Below, in pieces: positions 47,067 to 58,721 of a stretch of DNA of 64,000 nt. Under the pieces are notes generated by a model. The model was given only the letters and a program-made list of their open reading frames with translations, was not told the DNA's origin and made no database searches. Position 1 is the first letter of the stretch, and each line of letters begins with the position of its first letter. The position numbers and the translations under genes are program-made. This DNA comes from Takakia lepidozioides (taxonomy: Eukaryota; Plantae; Bryophyta). The DNA is taken from the NCBI GenBank assembly GCA_030704615.1, contig CM060732.1, forward strand, positions 21,080,001 through 21,144,000. The letters are read 5' to 3'.

Positions 47067-49988
47067 GGGGATGGCAAGCTCCGCGTTCTACGGTGAGAGA
47101 GGGTCTGCTCAACAGCCGTCTCTTACCTCCAAGGCTTCCAAGATCCCCCCTGGCCGGCTGAGATGGCGTCTTACCCCGGCCTGATCACCTCCCCAGTCCT
47201 CACTTTCCTGAAAGGGCCCATCCCAGCGACCTCGGAGACCCTCTTTTGCCCCTTTTCGGCCCAGGGATGGTACTTCAGCCATCATCCCCCCCGCCGTTTG
47301 CTAATGGGGTCCTTCTTTATCCCAAAGGACGATCCTCTTGGCTATCTCTATGATATGACCCCAAGCATGCCCCCATTATTGCTCTGCAATTTTGGGGCTA
47401 ACGCTCCCGGCTCCGCCTGCCCCTGTGTGACACATCCTTCCCTGGCTAAGCCATTTTACCACGGTTCATCATTCCTTAATCAATGTTAGACGGCCTCTCG
47501 CTTGATAATCAATCCCCCAGCCGCCATGCAATCTGAGCTCCCCCGCCACCTTTCGCAGGGCGCTCCTGTTCCTTCCTGTTTCCGGTGCCTAGCCCCCGCC
47601 ATCCCTGTGCTCTCGTTTGGTTTTCAGCGTATCGGTGTCTCTCTTAGCCTGCGTAGTCCAGGTTTAGTCGCAATTTTTCGAAGTGCGCTGCTCTCTTGTT
47701 CATACTCTCCTGCATTGATCCAGGCTTCTGGTGCTCTAGGCTTTTTCTTTCATTGCCGGTTTCTCCTGGGTTCGCCGAGTTGTGGCTCGTTGTCCTTTTC
47801 TTCTTGCTGCTGATTCCGGTCTCTCTCCATTTCTACCCTTCAATTTCCATCTCTCACCCCCCCCATTTCTTTTTCGCAGCAAGATTTTCCCTTTTTGAGG
47901 CTTCCCTGTGTTTTCTGTGTTTACTGGCTCTTTGATCGATCCTCTCGGTGCCCTTCCTGCTTGGCGGTTCTTTCACTCCGTTGGTCCCTTCAATGGCCCC
48001 CACTAAATTTGCCCGCCATGGTGCTCCAACTACCAGATCTCAAAGTCGCTCGGCTACTGCCATTCAGGCTGCTTTGGCGATCCCTTCCACTGGGACAGGT
48101 TTCTTCCAGGCCCACCGCGCTCTGGCGCGTAGTCGCAGCCCCCCAGCTATGCGGGCAGCTCCGATCCGGGTTCCCTTGGTTGCTCCTCTCTCTCCCCGGC
48201 TGAGTCAATCGCCAGTTTCGGATCCCACCACGCATGTGAGCCCACCCCAGTATACCGGGGCTCCCTCATCACCTCCCCATGCAGTCAACCCCCAGCAGGA
48301 TGCAGCCGACCCTCAGCAGGATCTGATGGAGGATATTTCGGATCTCCAGAGATCGATGAGTAAATTTCACCCTCTTGTGGAGCTCAATATGTCCACAATC
48401 CACGACAGTGTCGCAGAGTTTTCGGAGAAAAGGGTGCTTCTTCATTTCCCAGGTAGAAAAGTTGACAGGGATCATGCAAGGTATTGGGCCGATCATCATT
48501 TTCAGGTCATGTTCATAACGGAAGCCTCACATATTAACCTAGTGGGTTTTGCATTCAGGGCCCATCCGTATACAGGTGCTCTCTTGCTGCACTCATCCGA
48601 CTCTATCTCAATCCCAAATGCAAACACCCCACCAACCAGAATCTGCCACTGGAACTCCAAGCTCAAAGATTTTAATCCATCCCTTCCATCCAACACGCGG
48701 GTTCTACCCTAGTTACGATCAGGAACCTTCATTTGGATTGGAGGCCAGGCCATCCAGGATCTGCAAATCGATCCAGCAGAATGACACTGGGAATTCAGGG
48801 ACAAGATTTGCTCCTTTTTCAATTACACGGCCAAGGATGCCTACAGAGCGATGCTGAAGGCCAAGCCTCTAACCAAAAAATGGGACGACAGAGGGGGCTT
48901 ATTCCAATTTAGAGGGGAAAACTGGAAGTGCATTTGGGCTCTGATTTGGGAGAAATCCAAACCGGCAAAACTCAGTGCCTTTCTTTGGCAGATTGCAAAT
49001 AGGGTTTTGAAGGTTGGGCAATTTCTAAACTTCCAAGAGGCCCTACTCTGCAGATGCTGCCCCATTGGGGTTATTGAATCTTTGGAACACTGCCTTCTTT
49101 TATGTAAAGGGCCGTCAACTATCTGGCCCTTGGTTTGGTCACTTTACAGGGTTTGGTCAAACACCGCTTAGGACCCCATAGCCCTCCTGCTAAATTACAA
49201 CCAAACAACCAAGTCCAAGGTGTCCACATGCCCAGTTTTTGAGGCCCTCCGCCCGGCAACACTGTGGCAAAGCTGGAAGGCTCGGTGCAGATGGACATTA
49301 AACAATGCTTCCTCCTCCTGTACAGAAATCCTTGCATGTGTTTTCTATGATGTTACAATTGGAGCTAAGTTGGCCTGGCAAAAACTATGTGCAGAAGCAG
49401 ACAAGAAACCAGAACGAAAAGACTCCCTCCTCGCCTCCTTCAGAGCATCTTGGGGAAGAGGAGGAATCATTTGTTGCATCATTGATACAGACTCATGTTC
49501 ATGGGCAGACTCCTTACCTGAACTCTGGAAACACCGATGGGGCACCGTCTTCGGCCTCCCCTGATCTGGACTCGAGAGATATTAACTGGAAGCACATAAA
49601 GAGGGGATCTAAATCTAAGTTGATCTTCCTCAGATAGACATCTTCAGAGTTTCGCTCCTTGGCCGTTCTGGCATGTGTTCTTACTGTTCGTCGTTACGTC
49701 CAGTTCCATCTACACTACACTGGGCCACCTCTCTCTTGGAGTCTTTTCGAAGCTATGAACTAATCGCACATTAGCTCTCTACGCTATGGCAAATCTTGCA
49801 ACCAATAATAGATGGCTCTACCAGGCCTGGATGCGTAGCCAGGTCTATTTTCTACCAGGTTATCTGATCTCCAACACGGCCTCCGTGTGTTAAGCCTCAT
49901 GGCACTTGTAAGGGTTTAATTTTTTCCCTTTTTAATAAATTTTCAGGGCCTCTCATCCCTTTAAACAGAAAAAGAAAAAGAAAAAAAC
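47067..49988 (+). mobile_element. Internally deleted L1-type LINE (5' UTR, ORF1 N-terminus, ORF2 C-terminus with zf-RVT, A-tail)
   Basis: IW...PAKLSAFLW...CRCC...ESLEHCLL.C; AATAAA at ~49934; A-rich tail 49963-49988. Degenerate flanking repeat AAACATGTT...CTAC.AGATCG at ~47040 and ~49985. Confidence 0.8.
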
Positions 49989-50199
49989 ATGTTCCGGGTC
50001 AATTCTACAGATCGCACAACTGGTAGCGGGCAGCGCAAGTTGGAGACCTCGCATTTAGATTCTGGCTATCTATTTCTGGTGCGTGTACGTTTGTTGTCTT
50101 TGTAGGTATGCCTACAGAGCACGCTCACCACCTAATATCCCGCAAACATTCAAATGCCAGAGTGGTCGGAAGGAGGTGCATTCGTGCATTCATATATCG

Positions 50200-50500
50200 T
50201 TGTGGGAGGACGAAGGGCGGGAGGAAAGCTTAAAAAGATGAGTTCAAATTGTAAATAGGGCTGGACCACCCACCCACGATCATGCGAATACATTTCAAGA
50301 CATGCTCTTATTAACACTTGTCTCTGTCCACGTTTACATTCTTTCACCCATATGTGGCCGGGACATTCAAAGAGACAAAATTGTTGAGGGAAGGGAACAA
50401 AAACCCACGCATGTGGTCTTGTCATGATCTCATAATGAAAGCCCAAGTGCCTTGCCTTCAATTGCACGAAGATTGTTCCACACGTTGGTCCAAAGATAAT
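50200..50500 (+). pseudogene. Possible hAT transposase remnant
   Basis: LQLHEDCSTRWS resembles the hAT D..TRW motif; otherwise very degenerate. Confidence 0.25.
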
Positions 50501-53418
50501 TTAATAGGAAACATGCAGGTCCTTCAACTGAATGTGAGATGATGAAGCAACCGAATATAGGTGCACCGAGCCAGAGCTTCAAGGTGCACTTGAAAGACCA
50601 CGAAAGAAAATGCAAGATATGGCCTCGGATCCGTTTAGTCTAGCGACTAATGAGCGCAGAGCTTTGGTGCTGTCGGTATGCGGGTTCACCGAACACCCCC
50701 GCTGTCCAGTATAAAGTAGGCAGTCGAAACACTCGAAGGCGTGCGCCATAAATGAGGAAAATGAATGGAGCAACTGAATATAGGTGAGGGTGCACACAGA
50801 TCAAGAGAGAAACTGCAAGATATGGATCATTCAATGGCTCGTTAGTCGAGACATTTACTTAACTTCGATCCTGACATGGTGGGCACTGGGCATACAGAAA
50901 GTTGAAACTGATGTTGGCAAGCACTATAATGGACCGTGCGTTCGGTTCACTGAAATTCTATATTTCATTCAACTGATCAATAAATGAGACATTGAAGACG
51001 AAAAAGTAGCGGAGAAGTAAAAGAGTTACCTATCCCCGCCAGAGGTAAGCTTAACTTAGGTAACTAGTTCAGGCTTCAACTTCTTCAGATCATCTAATCA
51101 CGGACAGATTGTTATAAGACGACAATATATTTTCATGTCATGTTGTAAGATTCCCAGTTTATCTTTGGATGGACCTCACAGACCACATGTATGTTATTTC
51201 AACACAACACTCTGACCTGGAATATGTACAAGTCTTTGCGAACCATAATAATCTCTTTTCTTTCAAATGGGCTCTGTTCCTTGGATGCTTAAATCCTTTC
51301 TTCAACTAAATAGACATCAAATGTTGGAACTTCGAACATTGATGTCTGTTCAGTTGAAGAAATGATTTAGTCGAACTTCGAAGCTGTTCTTTCACCAGCA
51401 GAAAGATTGCAACAATGTAGACAACTTTCAACGAGATGATGAGTGAATTATCTTCCAAGTTCCGGGCCTCCCATGCATGATAAAGATTTGGATGTGTAAC
51501 CTCCTCCAAAACAAGCTTATCATGACACGAGAACTACTACGCGGGGGCCGTTGATGACCCTCACCTAAAAGTTTAGTAATTTTATTTTTCTCCAACTCCC
51601 CTGCATCTGCTGCACGCAGCTTCATTCCTTCTCGCTTTTAAGTATCCTCGACTGCAGATCCTCCACTTCATGCTCCAGGCCGCCTTGCCATGGCCGTGGG
51701 AGACTCGCAATGAAGAGAGAGACAGAGCACAAGGAAGAAGGAGAGGCAGTCGCGGAGGCCTCGACGCCCACGCTGCAGGGTCTGCACCAGTACTGCTGTC
51801 GGCGGCGCTGTGGCGGCCGCCGCGTCGACTCAATCCACATTCATCCCTCCTTCATCCACGACCTTGTGAGAGCGGTTTGCAAAAGCTGGATATTGCAGCC
51901 CCGTGCCATGAATTTTTCTAGCAATATAGGAAAACCCTCATTTTTTGTTTAAACAATTAAAAAATATATTTAGGAAAACTATCTAATGTGAGGATCTAGT
52001 ATTTCCTGTATTTATGGATCCTAATTTCAAAAACATTATGATTTTGATGGCCCGTTTCCCTCTTTTATTTATCTTTGCTAAGAACATTCAATAATTATAA
52101 ATAAAGTCTACAGTCTCAGACAGGGCCTCTGTCCCCTGTTCTCTATTGGAAAAGAAAACAAAACAAAACAAAAAAAATTGTGATTTATGATTTATGATTT
52201 ATGATTTACAATACCGGAGAGTAAGGATTCTGTCGGTTCCTGACGGCTGCCGTCGCTGTTGCCCGGAAGGTCCCCGGCCGGCCAAAAGATTATAAACTAT
52301 CCTATTTTGCGGTCTATACTTATGACTATATATACCTACGATTTAGTTTTAATTTTAATTTTAAAATTCCATAAATGAAAAATAGCAGTAAATGGTCCAC
52401 GCTGCAGATTCTGAAAACGTGCGAAGTAAAGGCGGGCAGCGGGCAGCACAGAATAGACCGCTGACCCAAAGCCGCGTGGGGCAGCTGCCCTTGTAATTAG
52501 GGCGAACTCATGCCACGATTGTTGGGGCCCTATAGGCGCCGAGCTTGCCACGCGTTGCGAGGCTACTGCACGAATTCTGTGGGCGAGATCGCAGCCACGT
52601 CAAACGTGACGCGTGTCAACTTGCCCGGGGACCTATTCCCGTGGGCACAGGCAGGGAAGCTTCTAATTAGGGAAGAATCCCATTAGGGAGCATAAAATAG
52701 AAGAGTTCAATATTTAAAAATTGGAAAGACAAAAAAAGAATATGGCGGCTGAAGAAAAGAGCGAACCCCGACTTTGCGGAATTGCGAGAGTATCCGGGGA
52801 CTTCCATTCTACTTCACTGGTGCCAGCGGAGCCGACGGCAATGGGTATTTCTTTTTTCGCTCGTCGAGGCGTGAAAAGGGGATGAAGGTGCCATGGTGTT
52901 GGCTTAGCAGCCATATATGCAATTCTAATTATAGAATTTTAAAAATCTGAAAATGTTAAATTATGATGTGAGCTATAACGAAGAAGATGGTAATTTGGAT
53001 GTGCGACGGACCTCCTTTGTCGCATTGCTATGCAACACGCACAAATTACTCGGATTGCCAAAGATCGTGCTCGACTTTGCGTATACTTGAAGAATTGGTA
53101 GCGTCCAGAGGATCGCGGCACCGACTGGAAATAAATAAATAAAGACCACTGACAATACAATGTTTACCTCCAAAAGAGGTACCAACTTCTATATTCAGTT
53201 GGGAAAATAATTAAACGAACGTCACGCACGGCAGGGTTATTTTGTGGGATTGAGGGAGTGATTCATGGGCAGTTGCTACGACTTCTGGTGAGCCATTTCA
53301 CGACCCGGATTGGGCGATATGGGAAATTTGCTGCTGACCTTGACTCGGCAGTTTGTCAAAATTAGGATCAATAAATAAATAAATAATTAGTAGGCTCTTA
53401 GCAAACCATAAAGATTAA

Positions 53419-54143
53419 CCCTTAAGGGATGGGCTAACTTTTTGCACTTTTGCAATATATACCTTGACTAAACTAGCTATATCTTCCTACCCCCATACAT
53501 CCATTTGGATGAACCTGACAACCTCATCCCTACTGACAACATGAACACCATCACAAAATCCGGGCAGGTTTGACCGTTGCAAATGGGAGATTATAACAAA
53601 AAAGAAATGACAAAAATTGGAACCGAAAAAGTGGTTTGATCATGGAAATTTTCCAATATCCATATTTCTCTTGGGTGAATGGCCTCCAGGTTCACAATTA
53701 GGGCACATAGAAGGTGCTCTCTGAAAATTTCAGAGTGAAAGACCTAAAATTTAGGGGGTTCTTTGTATGTGGTGAACCAAGGCTCCTACAATGTCTAGAA
53801 ATTTTACTTAAAATCCAACTCTACAGTCAGTCTTTGCTTTGCTCCAATGAAAAAAACATTTCTAATTCTGAGCAAATTTCTAGGTTGGAGGCGGCATTTT
53901 CTGAAACGCCTGCCATGTGGGCGGTTGACGTTCCTGGACACCACCCAAATCCGGTACCCCCTGCCACTGAAAATAATCGGAATTATGGTTTTTGTGTGCA
54001 TTTGTTGGAGCATGTAGAGGACAAAGGCGCCTACATTTTTCATTCAGGAATCAGACCACATGTTCATCTGATTTCATCCACAAAAGTTACAATGTGGCTG
54101 GAAAATGACACTACACGAAAGTGGCGGCTTCGACGTTTAAGGA
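53419..54143. mobile_element. TTAA-flanked non-autonomous DNA element (piggyBac-like ends)
   Basis: TTAA|CCCTTAAG ... TTTAAGGA|TTAA; short imperfect TIR; non-coding interior. Confidence 0.35.
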
Positions 54144-54242
54144 TTAATACTCCATGGGTGCCACCTAGGTGATTCGGGGTTCGAATCCTGTTGCCACGCT
54201 GGTCTGGGCTCTCCTCTATGTAAAATGAAAGGAGGTTATTTA

Positions 54243-54594
54243 CAGTGTTGGGCGGTTATTTGAATTTCTCTCTAATACCCCGCGGTTACCTATCCGGTTA
54301 TATGTATATATGACCAACGGAGGTGAAAAAATGAAGTAACCGGTCCAGTTAGGAACCGGCGGAGGTCACGCATTCAAATAACCGAGCAAAAAACCTCTTA
54401 AAGAACCGCCCAATACCCGAGGTTATTTTGATGAATACCGCCGGTTATTTGAGGTTTTTTCAAGTAATCGTAACCGGCAGGTTATATCTAGCCATAAAAA
54501 TTTAATAACCGCACCTGCAAGTTAATAGTTTTCTAAAATTTGAAGCAACCGGAACCGTCGGTTATGAAAAAAATCAAATAACCACCCAAAACTG
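54243..54594. mobile_element. hAT-type MITE
   Basis: 21-bp TIR CAGTGTTGGGCGGTTATTTGA (19/21 match); internal AACCG/CGGTT repeats; 8-bp flanks GTTATTTA/GATATTTT. Confidence 0.85.
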
Positions 54595-57500
54595 GATATT
54601 TTCCCCCTCCTCTTGTAAAACAGGGCCTGAATTGTGAGCTGTCTCTCTCTTTAAGGTAAATAAAAACATAATTTTCATTTTAATATTTTTGTTCAGCTTT
54701 CCAGAAATATAGAGATACATAAACACCACTTAGTTAGGTCAAAGATAGGGGGGTGGCAGGGACTTATGGGATAATGATGTGGAAATTATGACCATAAATT
54801 TCGGACTGTTTTCGGTTCCTGACAAAATAGAGGGACTTTAAGCATTTCTTCGAATGGAAGAGGCCCACGTCAGCGCGTCCAATATTAGCCGACAGCGTGG
54901 GCTTTTCGCCAACTAAATTCGGCGGCGACTAGTCGCCCCTGTCTTATCCTCAGTAACGGCCATATTTAACTGTGGTTAGGTGCTTGTTACCGGTGGTTAG
55001 TGTCATTCGTTACTTGTACTGTCAGGTAGTTAGTTGTGTGTTTGGGATGCGGTGGGTAGGTTAGTTACTCGCTAGTCCGTGCGCTTAGACAGCAATGCTG
55101 CTTAGTGACTGGGTTAGCTGCTCGATGTGTAATTCCTCAAGTGCGAGGTATGATTAGTAAGTTGATTAGTTAGTTTGATACCCGTGACGTCACTAAGAGG
55201 TATAACGAAGGAATCTTCTGTGAGGGTTATCATCAATGCTTTAGGGCTACTTTATTTCCTAGTTAATACACGAAGATTTGAAAGGATGAATGTCGTTCAT
55301 GGACTCAAAGTTCATTTGTAGTAGGTAAGTCAATCCGGTAACTTCTTTATACTGTATTCTGATTAATTTTTGCTGGTTTATGGAATGGTTTATAATAATC
55401 AGAATAGAAACAAATGTGGACTCTTGCCCAAAGTTGACCCGAAGGCGGCCTTTCGGTGGGAAGCTGGACACCTTTAATGACATCCAGCACAGTTACGTGG
55501 ATTTGAAACCACAATCACTAATGAAATGGTATTATGCCTTGGAGGTAAATCAGAGTTGGTTTTGGGTTGGTGATCTAACCTCATGTTTTAAATATTCAAA
55601 TTTGTTTTTTGGAAAATGGACAAATCCCAAGCCACTCTACTGAAAGAGGAGGGAAAATGCCTTTAAGCTTGAAAATAATGCAGAAGTACAAATTGGAGGC
55701 AATATTGAGTTATATACATGCAATTAAAACAATACTTGTGTAGCCTCCATGGCATCACCAGGAAAATTTTCCCTCGTTTTAGTGCACTGCTTTTCCAGGG
55801 CCACCGTCCCTGTTTGAAGAAAAACAATGCTTGAGTGCTTGAGATTATTTGATTTTCTGACCCAAAAATATTTTTTAAATTTTTCCTACTGTTGCGTAGC
55901 CTTGAAGCTAGTGACGATGGGCTCAAACACAGGCTTTCATTTTTAAAATCAATAAACAGTTACGAAACCGCTAAGGCGACAAGCGGAAACTTGATTTGAG
56001 ATGGGTTTGGATAAGGTGGTGGACACACATCTTTGCCTCCGCAATTCACTACTACCCACACCCATTGTAAGGCAAAGCTAAAATTTTTGCCTAACTACAC
56101 ACAGTCCACTTTCAATCATGGCAACTGAATGTCGTCGGCCGGCATATAAGAGGCATCACCGCTTATGTACGGAAGAATATGATATGCTGTTGGTGCCAAC
56201 GATCCGGGTCATGTTTGTTCACACAAATCGCGTCGCCACCCCAAATTTTGTATTTTTATTATTTTTCATTTTTCATTTTAATTTTATAGATCACCCATAT
56301 ACATTTGAACAATAAAAAAAGTAATTACCGCAAACCAAAAACAAAACTCATATTATTCTGGAATATAATACTTAAGGAAAAACATCTTATTTCGGCACCG
56401 TATTAGTAACTATCCTCCTCACTAGTTACCACTTACTACTCAACTAGCACTCACTCCGGTCGGCTAATCGAGGATTTATGTATGATTAAGGATACTTTTT
56501 GATCAGGGTTAGGTTAGAGTAAGTAAGCTTTTCCCTTCGGTGGGGGCAGAGTCGAATTATAGCGGGGCAGGCCCCACGCGGATGGTAATGAAAAAGATCG
56601 GGCTAAAACTGAGCCACTTATCGGGGGTCAACCCGCCCCGCCCCGCCCCGCCCGCCACCCGCGCAGAGTTTGTGAGGAAAACCCGCGGTCAACTCTGGGG
56701 CCGGATTACCTTCTCGCTGCCCATTTCTCAATCGCCTTCCTTGTTGTTCTGCCCGTCTGGTTGCTTGAGAGGCGGTGTCTCGGCTCGCGCAGCAGCAGCC
56801 TCACGGTGTCTCCTTCCTTCCTCTCAGGGAGATCTGAGACTAGTGTGCTATCCTACACTGCTCCTGGCCTTCATTGTACCGTTTTTCTGTGTGTGGTTGT
56901 GGAGCGGATCTCTCTGTTGGCTACATCTCTATCTAAGTCTTCTCCCTGCGTCTGCAGGCCGTCTATGGCATTCTCTGTTTGTTTCTGAACATCCAGTTTT
57001 CTGTTTAGGTGACTCCATCGATTACATCTCACAGCTACATCTCACAGCCTTCCTTGGTGCCTGGTCAGGTATCTCTCGTTCTGAATCTGGTTTCGGCACT
57101 TTGAAGATTCGTACAGTCCCTTCTTCGATCGTATCAAATGTTCCAAGTCTCTTTCAGTACTTCATGTTGGTGAACAGATCTCTTAAGTCACTTGTTTCTG
57201 TCTGTTGGACTCTTCGCTCTGGTCCAAAGATCCCAGCTTGTGCGGGTGAGGTCTCAATAGTAACAGTCTGTCAAGAGTTGAGAACTTTGCGAGGATCTCT
57301 CCGTGGATACTTGCTCTCAGTAGATTTTGGTCTATGAGGACACCTCTTCTTGAGCTTTTCGTTGATCCATCTGCGCGTAACGTCCTCATCACCAGAGTAT
57401 ATTATCAGCTGTACAATAGTGAGTTTCTTCCTAATCAAAGGTGCTCGAGATCTCATAAAAGTTCAAGATTCTTGTTGTGCACCTGTAGCTTAACTCCTAG

Positions 57501-58052
57501 AAGGAACAAGACTGTAAGAAATAACGGATCTCTCCCTCTCTCTATAGCTCTAAGTTTCATCCTTCTTATGCTCCTCTATCTCTAGGTCGCATGAGCAGTT
57601 TAAAGAGAGTTTCTTCTTTCTAGCGTGTCCATGTTACAGAGCTCTTGAAGGCTCCTTCTTATGCTAGTACTGTAATGTCGTATTGTTTCGCTGATCACCA
57701 TCCAAGAACATAGGTGTGCCTTGTTTCTGCAGACAAGTGAGCAGGTTTTTCCCACAGTTTTGGTCCTCAACCCAAACCACAATGCTGATTTAAAAGTCTT
57801 GTGCCTCTGGGGCTGTCTCTAACTTAGGTGTCGGCTTTCCCACAGAAACGTACGTGGCCCGAAGCAGACAAGAAGAACATCGATCGATTCGCCACTACGA
57901 TCAAATGGAACAACGGCTGACATACTGTACATAATTGAAGCTTCTGGACACTGATCTATCTCACGTTTCTCTCTCGGAGTCCGAGCTATCCGAAAGTTCT
58001 GTCATTCGCTCTTGAAAGTCACAAAGATCACTTGAGAGGAGCTGTGGTGTGA

Positions 58053-58721
58053 ATGTCAAAGGACGGCAGGGATTCCGACCTCTTTAGTGGGTCGATTGAC
58101 AGCAATTCCAGCAAAGCCAAACGTTTACAAACAGACAGGACTAGCTCACTGGATCGAAGAACCATGTTGGGAAATCAAGGGCAGGTGAACTCATCCACAC
58201 CGTGTGCGGCTTGCAAGCTTCTCCGTCGACGATGCGCGCAGGAGTGCCCATTTTCTCCGTACTTTTCTCCCCATGAACCACAAAAGTTTGCGTGTGTTCA
58301 CAAGATTTTTGGTGCGAGTAATGTTTCTAAGATGTTGATGGAAGTTCCAGAAAACCAGCGTGCTGATGCGGCTAGCAGCCTTGTGTACGAGGCCAACGCG
58401 CGCATCCGTGATCCTGTCTATGGATGCATGGGGGCAATATCTGCGCTCCAGCAGCAAGCTCAATCCCTCCAGCAAGAATTGAACGCTGTGAGACAAGAGA
58501 TTATGCGATACAGGCGCCACGAAAATGCTGTAGCCGACGCCACAGCTGCCACTGCTGCGGCAGTCATGGTGGCTGGTTATCAAGGCCATATGCATGATAG
58601 AGGGGTTAACGGTCCTCTTTCTTCTCAAACAACTGCATCAGAAGTTTACACTGTTCCATCTCCTAATAGTGTGGCAACCCCCGAGTTGAAGGAGCGCAGT
58701 TACTGGTCTCCACTCAACTAG
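58053..58721 (+). CDS. LBD: Class I LOB-domain transcription factor, LBD15/LBD13-like, intronless CDS
   Basis: CAACKLLRRRCAQEC C-block, FGASN GAS block, RDPVYGC, Leu-zipper; PYFSPHEP and VPENQRADA resemble LBD15. Confidence 0.93.
   Translation: MSKDGRDSDLFSGSIDSNSSKAKRLQTDRTSSLDRRTMLGNQGQVNSSTPCAACKLLRRRCAQECPFSPYFSPHEPQKFACVHKIFGASNVSKMLMEVPENQRADAASSLVYEANARIRDPVYGCMGAISALQQQAQSLQQELNAVRQEIMRYRRHENAVADATAATAAAVMVAGYQGHMHDRGVNGPLSSQTTASEVYTVPSPNSVATPELKERSYWSPLN

Larger units (their letters stand above)
53392..54675 (+). mobile_element. tRNA-derived SINE interrupted by two DNA-transposon derivatives
   Basis: B-box GGTTCGAATCC at 54178-54188 preceded by an anticodon-arm-like TGGGTGCCACCTA; GGCTCTTAGC head upstream of the TTAA insertion; A-rich end at ~54660. 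Confidence 0.45.

Noticed and set aside
52313-53250. Helitron-like TCTATAC start and CACGCACGG end
   Set aside because: No terminal CTAG and only a partial hairpin.
54150-54200. tRNA gene
   Set aside because: B-box only; no acceptor stem or full cloverleaf, so treated as a SINE head.
56540-57337. 265-aa ORF upstream of LBD
   Set aside because: GTG start, composition of a CT-rich 5' UTR or intron, no domain.
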